Below are positions 1-7,253 of a DNA stretch of 10,932 bases, piece after piece. The translations under genes were made by a program, and so were the position numbers. This DNA comes from a virus. Its lineage: Duplodnaviria > Heunggongvirae > Uroviricota > Caudoviricetes. The stretch lies in the IMG/VR virus record IMGVR_UViG_2671180814_000008; one strand, 5' to 3'. Positions within the stretch are counted from its first letter, which is position 1. Each line of letters begins with the position of its first letter. The notes beneath the pieces are model-generated. The model did not search any database. It had not been told where the DNA came from and worked only from the letters and a program-made list of their open reading frames with translations.

Positions 1-366
1 CAATGCGGCCTTTTGTGATTCGGCCTGTTGTTGCTGTTCGTCAGCCGTATAAATCCGTTTAACCACAGCTCCGTCCTTAAACATCCACTTACCGGAATCA
101 TCAGCACGACGATTAGCTGTAATATCAGGAACCTCAACGACGCTATAACCTTCAGGGTTAAGCGTGGAGGCATCTTTGGTGATGGCGACAATAATATTAT
201 TTGCATCGTAAACAATCTTTATTGTGTCTGGCTGAAAGTTCTTCACTTCCTCATACCAGTTTTTTCCGTCCTCAGAGTAAAGCCAGATGACTCCGTGCTT
301 CTTTGTTAACTCATACTGCTCCACTGTTTTAGCATTACCTGCTTTTATGTTCTTTAAGTGCATCAT
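1..366 (-). CDS. tfa: Tail fibre assembly protein (Tfa chaperone family), N-terminal part; 3' end runs off the window start
   Basis: Minus-strand translation from ATG at 366-364 reads [57 protein letters not shown] with no stop before position 1. Clearly paralogous to the complete tfa at 1630-2163 ([42 protein letters not shown]). Start lies 1 nt after the TAA of the upstream tail-fibre cassette (TAA-T-ATG). Missing from the ORF track because it has no in-window stop. Confidence 0.8.
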   Translation of the reverse strand, partial: MMHLKNIKAGNAKTVEQYELTKKHGVIWLYSEDGKNWYEEVKNFQPDTIKIVYDANNIIVAITKDASTLNPEGYSVVEVPDITANRRADDSGKWMFKDGAVVKRIYTADEQQQQAESQKAAL

Positions 367-367
367 A

Positions 368-1396
368 TTAAATACTCGCCACATTATACCAAGTGCCATT
401 TATATACTTTTGCACTGGCCTGTAATGAACGCCTGCAATATTATCGGCAGAGTTTTTTCCGGTATCCTGTACGTTAATCCCCGTCAGTACATAGCCTGAC
501 GGGCACTGAAAATTCCATGTTTGCCAGTTGTTCACTCCATAATATTGCTGTGAACCAAGTCGAACATCTTTCACATATCTGGAATCAAAATTGCCATAGT
601 TGCCGGGAATAACTTGCGAGCCGCAAAGCCAGTTCCCGTTATTATCCATGTACGCCTGACCATCGGTGCCATTGGCTGTCCTTGAGTTATTAATCATGTA
701 GATGCCAAATTGCTTATTTCCCAGACCGCCAATCATAAATTTGCGGTCGGCATGGTCCTGACGGAGCAAAGCCTGAGCACCATCAGTGGATACCGCATTA
801 CGTCCCAAAATAACATTCTGGTCACGCATATGAATCCACATGCCGGTACTACTGTTAATTGCAAAACGGTTTGCAAATATATCCCCTGTAACATCAAGAC
901 CATGCCCCATGCTTATCCGGCCAGTTCTGAGATTAAGCGTAAAGGGGCGTAGTGGCCCTATATTACCATTTTCCCCTTCATTCTCTCGTGTAGGGATGAT
1001 ATGCAGGCATTCTTCAGAACGACGAAAAATGGCACCAAAAGATGAATTAAATATCCTCAGTGCATTGACTGTCGATATTTTCACTTCACTGCTGAAAAGG
1101 GCTTCAACAAGAACAGACAAAGCATTCCATTTAAGATTCATCAGGTCTTTAGGCCGGGTGCCAATGATGCGGTGTCTCCATTTGAAATATTCATTGCCGT
1201 TGTTGCCTGTTTCAAACCACATGTAGGAATCGGTGTCTGCATCCGAATTATTTTTAAACCCAATCTTTGCCCAGTCAGTATTTCGAATCCAGGCAAGGAT
1301 TGAGTCGTTTTCAAAAGTAAGTCCACCGGACAACGTATCGCCATTTTTTTGCACGGCGTTACCAGCCTTGTTTACCGTTTCCTGTAAACCGAGGTT
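368..1396 (-). CDS. Phage tail fibre C-terminal variable (receptor-binding) cassette 1, silent: no own N-terminal constant part or RBS
   Basis: ORF track gives 368-1354 from a GTG. The same frame stays open upstream to 1396 and is closed only by a TAA inside the crossover site (1397-1399). Reads [12 protein letters not shown]..., the junction peptide expected of a Mu S-type fibre crossing a gix site. Glycine/asparagine-rich fibre-like composition; C-terminal motifs [15 protein letters not shown] and INGTWYNV are shared with cassette 2. Followed immediately by a tfa gene. Confidence 0.7.
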   Translation of the reverse strand, partial: NLGLQETVNKAGNAVQKNGDTLSGGLTFENDSILAWIRNTDWAKIGFKNNSDADTDSYMWFETGNNGNEYFKWRHRIIGTRPKDLMNLKWNALSVLVEALFSSEVKISTVNALRIFNSSFGAIFRRSEECLHIIPTRENEGENGNIGPLRPFTLNLRTGRISMGHGLDVTGDIFANRFAINSSTGMWIHMRDQNVILGRNAVSTDGAQALLRQDHADRKFMIGGLGNKQFGIYMINNSRTANGTDGQAYMDNNGNWLCGSQVIPGNYGNFDSRYVKDVRLGSQQYYGVNNWQTWNFQCPSGYVLTGINVQDTGKNSADNIAGVHYRPVQKYINGTWYNVASI

Positions 1397-1404
1397 TTAG
1401 ATAA
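1379..1404. other. gix/hix-like 26-bp invertase crossover site, copy 1 (TTCCTGTAAACCGAGGTTTTAGATAA)
   Basis: Two 12-bp imperfect inverted half-sites around a central GA. One mismatch from the phage Mu gixL sequence as I recall it (TTCCTGTAAACCGAGGTTTTGGATAA). Sits exactly at the 5' end of tail-fibre cassette 1. Confidence 0.7.
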
Positions 1405-1576
1405 TGGCCGTTTCCGGCCTGCATGGCATGATTTGCGCTTTTGGACGGGAGATTCAGCGTGCTGATTGGCTATGTAAGGGTATCAACAAATGACCAGAAT
1501 ACAGACCTGCAACGAAACGCTCTTGTTTGTGCAGGATGTGAACAAATATTTGAAGATAAATTAAGCGGAACAAGGA
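1385..1576 (+). repeat. About 190-bp direct repeat, copy 1 (crossover site right part + invertase leader + first ~39 invertase codons)
   Basis: 1385-1568 matches 3081-3264 with 2 mismatches (1409 C vs G, 1415 C vs T) by manual alignment. Copy 1 continues the invertase reading frame (LSGTR) to about 1576 before diverging. Confidence 0.85.
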
Positions 1577-1608
1577 NGAATGGCCACAAAAGCCTGAATA
1601 AAAATTAA
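1459..1608 (+). pseudogene. Truncated serine DNA invertase N-terminal fragment (about 39 invertase codons then unrelated tail, stop at 1606-1608)
   Basis: GTG at 1459 preceded by GGGAG. Encodes [39 protein letters not shown], identical to the start of the invertase at 3155, then X-NGHKSLNKN-stop. Contains the ambiguous base at 1577. Confidence 0.55.
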
Positions 1609-1626
1609 GGCCCGATAGCGGGCCTT
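1597..1626 (-). terminator. Putative rho-independent terminator downstream of tfa (1630-2163)
   Basis: Perfect 8-bp stem AAGGCCCG (1607-1614) / CGGGCCTT (1619-1626) with 4-nt loop. On the minus strand it is followed by AATTTTTATT, starting 3 nt after the tfa stop codon. Confidence 0.5.
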
Positions 1627-1629
1627 CTC

Positions 1630-2163
1630 TCATTCTGGTTGTTCGGGAAACGTTACTGGCAGGCTGGAGGTGTCTGTGGATTCAACCTTCTGCGCATAGA
1701 GCATCCACTCGGTTAATTTTTGTTTATTCTCATCGGAAATGATGCCCAGCTGTAGCTGAGAGTCCCACAGCTGGGTTTTATCCCTGACGAGCTGCAGCAG
1801 GCTCTGCTTTTCATTTTCCGCTTGTTGCCTTTGCTCTTCCTCGGTATAAGTTCGCTTTATCACCGCACCATCTTTGAACATCCAGTTGCCCGAAATATCA
1901 GCCCGGCGATTTGCTGTAATATCAGGCAACTCAACGACACTTAAACCTTCTGGATTAATTGCTGATACATCCTTGTCTATAGCAATAATTATTCCCTCAA
2001 CTGTGTAAGCCAGTTTTATTGTATCCTCCTGAAAGTTTTTTAATTCCTCATGCCAATTTTTTCCATCTTCGGACCATAACCAGATAACATCAAAATTCTT
2101 TGTTAGCTGGTATTGTTCAACGGTTTTTGGATTACCTGCGACAATGTTTTTTAAATGCTGCAT
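1630..2163 (-). CDS. tfa: Tail fibre assembly protein (Tfa chaperone family), complete, 177 aa
   Basis: ORF-track protein [37 protein letters not shown]...[28 protein letters not shown]. The C-terminal W..Y..V.....S.P...P pattern is typical of Caudovirales tail-fibre chaperones. ATG at 2163 lies 2 nt after the TAA ending the cassette 2 reading frame. Confidence 0.85.
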   Translation of the reverse strand: MQHLKNIVAGNPKTVEQYQLTKNFDVIWLWSEDGKNWHEELKNFQEDTIKLAYTVEGIIIAIDKDVSAINPEGLSVVELPDITANRRADISGNWMFKDGAVIKRTYTEEEQRQQAENEKQSLLQLVRDKTQLWDSQLQLGIISDENKQKLTEWMLYAQKVESTDTSSLPVTFPEQPE

Positions 2164-2165
2164 GA

Positions 2166-2315
2166 TTATACCTGCGATACGTTATACCATGTTCCGTTAA
2201 TTAACTTTTGTATTGGTCTGAATACTGCCGGATCATCACCATCGACTTCACCGATAATACCAAGCCCCGTGATTACATGGCCTGATTTTTCATACATCAC
2301 GCCTTTCTTCATGGT
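2166..2315 (-). pseudogene. Detached C-terminal 49 codons of tail fibre cassette 2, downstream of an in-frame amber stop
   Basis: Same frame as 2316-3092. After TAG (2318-2316) the frame reads [52 protein letters not shown], which aligns with the C-terminus of cassette 1 (..[21 protein letters not shown]). Confidence 0.45.
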
Positions 2316-3092
2316 CTAAACAACTCGTGTGCCAAGTCTGACATCTCTCACATAGCGGGAATCAAAGTTACCGTAATCCGAGGGATTAACACGTCCCGTA
2401 ATATTTATGGTTTTATTACTTTGAATGCTTCCGGAGACAAAGCGCATAACATGGACGTTATTAGCATAAACATCCAGATTACCATCGCCTTTTTGTTTAA
2501 AGCCCGTGTCATTATCACCCAATACAATCGAATTACCGCCAAGAGCACTGGATGTTCCGATACCCAGTGCACCATTCAGTTGACCACCAGATAACGGCAG
2601 TGCACCAACATCTCCTGCTGAAGGTTTTCTGGTGGTGTAAAATTCGGACCAGTCGGCTTCAAAACCATAACCATCACGGGCTGAACGATAAAAAATACCG
2701 CCATTTTTATAATTAATCCGAAACTGAGCTGCAGGACAACTTCCTTCTCCCATATAAAAATGAATAATTAACGTTGATGCACCACTAATAGTTGCGTTAT
2801 AGGCTCCGCTACTCCAGTTCCATCCAACTGCTTTATCATTCGCAACGGTGCTTCCTGTTTTCCCTAAGGCAAACGCACCAACATGACTTGCTTTTAATGT
2901 GATATCGGAGGAACCATCAAAAGCCACATTGCTTATTTTCCTGGCAGTTTTTAATTTTGCAGCTGTAGAAGCATTGCCGGATAGTTCACCAGAAAGGCCA
3001 CCGCTGAATGTTTGTCGATTAGTCCAGGTATTCGCTGTACTGAGTAACGGTATTTTCTCCCCGCTTGTGCCGAGTTCTCGTAAACCGAGGTT
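2316..3092 (-). CDS. Phage tail fibre C-terminal variable cassette 2, silent; truncated by an in-frame TAG
   Basis: ORF track 2316-2927 (GTG start). The frame is open upstream to 3092 and is closed by a TAA inside the crossover site (3093-3095). Reads NLGLRELGTSGEKIPLLSTANTWTNRQTFSGG...NVAFDGSSDITL..., ending ..[23 protein letters not shown]. Confidence 0.7.
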   Translation of the reverse strand, partial: NLGLRELGTSGEKIPLLSTANTWTNRQTFSGGLSGELSGNASTAAKLKTARKISNVAFDGSSDITLKASHVGAFALGKTGSTVANDKAVGWNWSSGAYNATISGASTLIIHFYMGEGSCPAAQFRINYKNGGIFYRSARDGYGFEADWSEFYTTRKPSAGDVGALPLSGGQLNGALGIGTSSALGGNSIVLGDNDTGFKQKGDGNLDVYANNVHVMRFVSGSIQSNKTINITGRVNPSDYGNFDSRYVRDVRLGTRVV

Positions 3093-3100
3093 TTAGATAA
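3075..3100. other. gix/hix-like 26-bp invertase crossover site, copy 2 (TTCTCGTAAACCGAGGTTTTAGATAA), adjacent to the invertase gene
   Basis: Same architecture as copy 1. The cassette-proximal half differs (TTCTCG vs TTCCTG); the invertase-proximal half is identical. Lies 55 bp upstream of the invertase start. Confidence 0.75.
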
Positions 3101-3264
3101 TGGCGGTTTCTGGCCTGCATGGCATGATTTGCGCTTTTGGACGGGAGATTCAGCGTGCTGATTGGCTATGTAAGGGTATCAACAAATGACCAGAATACAG
3201 ACCTGCAACGAAACGCTCTTGTTTGTGCAGGATGTGAACAAATATTTGAAGATAAATTAAGCGG
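3081..3264 (+). repeat. About 190-bp direct repeat, copy 2 (ends at the assembly gap)
   Basis: Near-identical to 1385-1568. The run of N begins at 3265, exactly where the sequenced part of this copy stops. Confidence 0.85.
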
Positions 3265-3873
3265 NNNNNNNNNNNNNNNNNNNNNNNNNNNNNNNNNNNN
3301 NNNNNNNNNNNNNNNNNNNNNNNNNNNNNNNNNNNNNNNNNNNNNNNNNNNNNNNNNNNNNNNNNNNNNNNNNNNNNNNNNNNNNNNNNNNNNNNNNNNN
3401 NNNNNNNNNNNNNNNNNNNNNNNNNNNNNNNNNNNNNNNNNNNAAAAGGTGACACGCTGGTTGTCTGGAAACTGGATCGCCTCGGGCGAAGCATGAAACA
3501 TCTGATTTCTCTCGTCGGGGAACTACGGGAGCGAGGAATTAATTTTCGCAGTCTGACCGACAGCATAGATACATCTTCTCCAATGGGGCGTTTTTTCTTC
3601 CACGTGATGGGTGCCCTGGCTGAAATGGAACGTGAATTAATTGTTGAACGTACACTGGCCGGACTGGCGGCAGCACGCGCACGGGGGCGCACAGGCGGAC
3701 GTCGACCGAAGCTGACAAAAGAACAGCATGAGCAAATAGCAAGGCTGATCAAAAACGGGCACGACAGAAAACAACTGGCAATAATTTACGGCATTGGTAT
3801 ATCGACGATTTATCGTTACCACCCCGCAGGAGAATCAATCGGAACAATAGAGAAGAGTCAGGAAACAAAATAA
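3155..3873 (+). CDS. Site-specific serine DNA invertase (Gin/Pin/Hin/Cin family), interrupted by an assembly gap
   Basis: GTG at 3155 with GGGAG 7 nt upstream. N-terminus [37 protein letters not shown] contains the family's catalytic-serine motif (YVRVS). After the gap: [70 protein letters not shown]...[19 protein letters not shown], including a Hin-like C-terminal helix-turn-helix; stop TAA 3871-3873. The gap falls where about 10-15 codons are expected to be missing. Confidence 0.9.
3265..3443. other. Assembly gap (179 N)
   Basis: Run of N in the sequence, inside the invertase coding region. Confidence 1.
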
Positions 3874-3900
3874 CCGCTAATCTGACCATTAGCGGTTTTT
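3874..3900. terminator. Bidirectional rho-independent terminator between convergent invertase and gpU-like genes
   Basis: Perfect 8-bp stem CCGCTAAT (3874-3881) / ATTAGCGG (3888-3895) with loop CTGACC, followed by TTTTT on the plus strand and by a T-rich run (TTATTTTGTTT) on the minus strand. Lies between the invertase stop (3873) and the gpU stop (3909). Confidence 0.55.
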
Positions 3901-3908
3901 GTGTTAAA

Positions 3909-4403
3909 TCAGAACAACCCTTTAACTGAACTGGCCGCGCTGTTAAGGGATGATGTTACCTTATCTTTGAAGCCGGACAGCATATCGCTGAACGATGAGG
4001 ATTGCAGGCGCTCCCGCAAATCCTCATCACAGCGTTCAAGAGTCAGTGAAAATTCTATCTTTTTCGCCTTACCGTAGCGATCAAACTCGGAGCGGGTCGT
4101 ATTCGTTTCGGTCAGGACATACATGCCGTAAATCTGCCCGACGCCATCAATCAGAGGCCAGGGTCGTCCTGTATACGCCTGCGTGGTCAGCAGCGACAGC
4201 GACACTTCGCCACCTGTAATTTCAGGATAAAGCACACCAGAAAGAACGATGCGCTCATCACCTGCACCGATATACTGCCAGCTTGCCGAACGGTTAACGC
4301 GTTCATTTTTCACATGCCGCCAGCTTTTGTTTTGCTGTAACTGCTGATGCGGCAATGTACGCAGCTCAAAAACAAACATGCCGTAGATCATCATCATGGC
4401 CAT
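3909..4403 (-). CDS. U: P2 gpU-like tail protein, 164 aa
   Basis: ORF-track protein MAMMMIYGMFVFELRTLPHQQLQQNKSWRH...VLYPEITGG. Immediately downstream of the tape-measure gene, as in P2-type tail operons. ATG at 4403 follows the T stop (4410-4412) with GAGGAG overlapping that stop. Confidence 0.75.
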   Translation of the reverse strand: MAMMMIYGMFVFELRTLPHQQLQQNKSWRHVKNERVNRSASWQYIGAGDERIVLSGVLYPEITGGEVSLSLLTTQAYTGRPWPLIDGVGQIYGMYVLTETNTTRSEFDRYGKAKKIEFSLTLERCDEDLRERLQSSSFSDMLSGFKDKVTSSLNSAASSVKGLF

Positions 4404-4409
4404 GACTCC

Positions 4410-7253
4410 TCAATCTTTATCGTAAAAACTGCCACGCCCGGCACGGGCGCGCCGTTCCATTTCTGCCCTGACCATTTCACCGACCAGTTTCGCCAGTTCG
4501 CGGGGATTCTGCGTAACAACGTTATGCAGATGAACATGAATTTCACCACCAAATCCGGAGGCAACAGGCTCCCGGTTACGGGAAGTTACAGGAACTGATG
4601 CCACTGGAGAGCGTATGGCCTCCGCCACCGGGCGGGAGCTGGCCGCAACAACAGGGACCAGCGCCGGAGGCAGCGGAGCCGGGACCACGGGTGTGATATT
4701 AATTGCGGGGGCAGGCTTACTGACCTGCGCAATCTTCCGCTCCTGCCACTCCCCACGAACAGCAAGTGCGCGGGGCAGGTTCTTAAAGACAATATCGCCG
4801 GGGCCAATGCGTTTTTTCGTCTCATCAACCAGCTTACCTGTGTTATCAGCAATTTTGCTGAGTCTGCGTAGCGTCCCGGTATTGCTGTCTGTGAGCGGTT
4901 TGTTGTCTTTGGGTTTATCACCTCCGGTGCCATTGCCATTTTCCACAGGCTTCGGCGGATTGATTTTCGCCAGGTCCCCCTGAAGCAAGGCAACCTTGTC
5001 CTGAAGAATGGCCGCACGCTGTGCGTCTTCGATTTTCTTGCGCGCCCTTTCCGCTTCATCCGGAAGGACGCCAAGTTTTTCAAGTATCCACGCCAGCGTA
5101 TCCAGTAGCATTTTTGCAGGTGTCAGAACAAGTTGTAACGCACCGCCAAGAACGTTACCGAATATCTCGCCAGCACTGGCACATTTATCCAGCGTTTCCT
5201 TGCTGGACTCCATCGGTGACAGCAGCGATTTAAACCAGTTAAAGACCTGAATAATCCCATCGCGCACGACATCAAAAACAGGGCCAAACCGTTCAAAGGT
5301 TTCGCGCAACGGGGTCAGCCTTTCCATAATCCCGCTGAACACCCCGGCAAAAAATGCCCTGATGGGATCCCAGTATTTCCAGATAAGAACGGCAGCTCCG
5401 GCAAGCGCAGCCACGATAAGACTAACCGGACTGAACAGCGCCCCGATAGCGCCACCAAGTAAAGAAACGGAACCCGTCACCATTCCCCATAATGCAGGCA
5501 GAACCCTGACAACATTCATTGATTCGGTCAGGAGAGAAAAACCGAGACGCAACGTAGCCAGCTTCCCGTGAAGCACCCCAATAACCAGAGACAACGAACC
5601 AACCGTTGCTGTTGTCGCCAGCAGTGCGCCTCCCGCTATCAGTAACTGGCGCGTCAGTGCCGGGTGGGCCTGCGCCAGCGCCGTCACCTTTGAGACAACC
5701 CGCGTGAGCCACTGCGTGACAGAACGCAGCGGACCGTCAACCAGATCACTGATGCGAATACGCAGACCTTCCCATGCACTGCCGAGTGATTTCAGGTTGC
5801 CATCAAGGTTATTGGCCATAACCTTTGCCGTGCGTTCTGCCTCACCGCGCGCGCCTTCAAGTTCTTTTCTCAGTTTGGCTAAGAAGCCGTCACCTGCCGC
5901 ATCAACGAGGCCCATAAATGATGTGAAAGCCTCTTCTCCGGCAATGTCCTTAAAGAACGATACCCGGTCAACCTCCCCGTATTTGCGGGTGGCTTTATAG
6001 AGATCGGCCAGCACATTCTCCATCGGGCGCATTTTGCCTTTGGCGTCAGCAACTGACACCCCCAGCTCTTTCAGTGCTTCTGCCGCTGCCTTTGGCGGTG
6101 ATGACAGATTGGCCAGGCTTTTACGCAACGCTGTACCTGCATCACTCCCCCTGATACCCATCTTCGCCAGCACGCCCGCCATCGCTGCGGCCTGCTCCAG
6201 CGATATTCCCAGCTTACCCGCCACCGGACCTGCATATTTCATGGTTTCGCCCAGTGCGCGAAGGTCAGTGTTGGTACGGGTAAACGCTGCGGTAAGTGTG
6301 TCACCGACCCGGTCCATCTGGTCAGCAGAGAGGCCGAACTGCGTCAGGATATTGGAACCAATATCCGCCGTCTCGCCGAGGTCCATACCGCCAGCCGTTG
6401 CCATGCTCAGCACGCCGGGAAGCGCAGCCTGAATGGCCTGCGGTGTGAAACCAGCCATTGCAAGAAATGCCTGTCCACTGGCGGCATCGCCTGCGGTGAA
6501 CTGCGTTTCAGAGCCAAGTTTTAACGCCTGCTCACGCAGCGCCTTAAACTGCGGGCTGTTTTTATCGATTCGCGTCAGTGCCTGAACACGGGACATCTCT
6601 TTCCCGAACCCGATAGCGGGCTGCAAAAAACGCCCGGCAGCATAGCCGCCCGCTGCCGCCGCACCTGTTGCCAGCGCACCACCTGTTTTCAGTTTTCCCG
6701 CTGTTTCCTGCGCGCGTGAATACCGCTCACGCGCCTGCGTTACACGCGCAAGCGCCCGCCGTTCGCGTTCAAGCTGGTTGTTGTATTGTCCGGTGCGTCT
6801 GATGGCCTGCTGGATGGTGTTATCGCTGCCTGTCAGGGAAATGCCGTGGCGTTTCAGCTCTCCGCCAAGTTCCCGCATTTTCTGAATTTCCCGTGTGCGC
6901 GATTCATTCAGGCGTTCAAGCCGGGTGCTTAACTGCTGCATCAGCTTTTGTTGTTTTTCGCTGAGCACTGTACCCGTGCGTTGTAACTGATTAAGGGCGT
7001 TAAGCTGGCGTCGTGCTTTCACGATGCCCGCATCCGCTTTACTGACAGCGTCACGGGCGCGCTCAAATGAACGCGCCTGACGCTCGAGATTTTTGATCGC
7101 CCCCTGCGTTCGCTGGATGGAGTCACCAAACTGCCCCATCAGGCGGCGGGCGTTTTCGGCAGGCCGGGTCAGCCTGTCAACGGCGCTGAAAGCGACCCGG
7201 ATATCAAGAGTCTTCATTGTCTGCATTCCCGCTGCGAAGTGCCGCCCGCTCAC
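4410..7253 (-). CDS. T: Phage tail tape measure protein (P2 gpT-like)
   Basis: 947-aa ORF. N-terminal half is rich in coiled-coil-like Q/R/E/L repeats, followed by long hydrophobic/glycine-rich segments (..LLIAGGALLATTATVGSLSLVIGVL..) and a proline-rich C-terminal region. Sits between E/E' and U. True start may be an internal ATG (7226 or 7217, MQTMKTL / MKTLDIRVAF) rather than 7253. Confidence 0.85.
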   Translation of the reverse strand: MSGRHFAAGMQTMKTLDIRVAFSAVDRLTRPAENARRLMGQFGDSIQRTQGAIKNLERQARSFERARDAVSKADAGIVKARRQLNALNQLQRTGTVLSEKQQKLMQQLSTRLERLNESRTREIQKMRELGGELKRHGISLTGSDNTIQQAIRRTGQYNNQLERERRALARVTQARERYSRAQETAGKLKTGGALATGAAAAGGYAAGRFLQPAIGFGKEMSRVQALTRIDKNSPQFKALREQALKLGSETQFTAGDAASGQAFLAMAGFTPQAIQAALPGVLSMATAGGMDLGETADIGSNILTQFGLSADQMDRVGDTLTAAFTRTNTDLRALGETMKYAGPVAGKLGISLEQAAAMAGVLAKMGIRGSDAGTALRKSLANLSSPPKAAAEALKELGVSVADAKGKMRPMENVLADLYKATRKYGEVDRVSFFKDIAGEEAFTSFMGLVDAAGDGFLAKLRKELEGARGEAERTAKVMANNLDGNLKSLGSAWEGLRIRISDLVDGPLRSVTQWLTRVVSKVTALAQAHPALTRQLLIAGGALLATTATVGSLSLVIGVLHGKLATLRLGFSLLTESMNVVRVLPALWGMVTGSVSLLGGAIGALFSPVSLIVAALAGAAVLIWKYWDPIRAFFAGVFSGIMERLTPLRETFERFGPVFDVVRDGIIQVFNWFKSLLSPMESSKETLDKCASAGEIFGNVLGGALQLVLTPAKMLLDTLAWILEKLGVLPDEAERARKKIEDAQRAAILQDKVALLQGDLAKINPPKPVENGNGTGGDKPKDNKPLTDSNTGTLRRLSKIADNTGKLVDETKKRIGPGDIVFKNLPRALAVRGEWQERKIAQVSKPAPAINITPVVPAPLPPALVPVVAASSRPVAEAIRSPVASVPVTSRNREPVASGFGGEIHVHLHNVVTQNPRELAKLVGEMVRAEMERRARAGRGSFYDKD

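Noticed and set aside
28-1344. Plus- and minus-strand ORFs 28-309, 287-499, 710-952, 840-1226 and 1141-1344
   Set aside because: All lie antisense to, or out of frame within, the tfa and fibre cassette 1 coding regions. They have no recognisable protein features and are most likely overlap artefacts.
2899-3096. Plus-strand ORF 2899-3096 (65 aa)
   Set aside because: Antisense to the upstream part of fibre cassette 2 and running into the crossover site; no RBS and no recognisable features.
1379-3264. Possibility that the two repeat copies are a CRISPR array or an insertion sequence
   Set aside because: There are only two copies, each about 190 bp, with no short repeat-spacer periodicity and no transposase. 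The repeat consists of a recombination site plus the invertase 5' end.
3137-3752. ORFs crossing the N-gap: 3137-3496 (+), 3150-3752 (-) and 3166-3501 (-)
   Set aside because: They are created by translating through 179 N. The real gene is the invertase starting at GTG 3155 and resuming in a different frame after the gap.
3539-3822. Minus-strand ORFs 3539-3742 and 3637-3822
   Set aside because: Antisense to the well-supported invertase C-terminal coding sequence.
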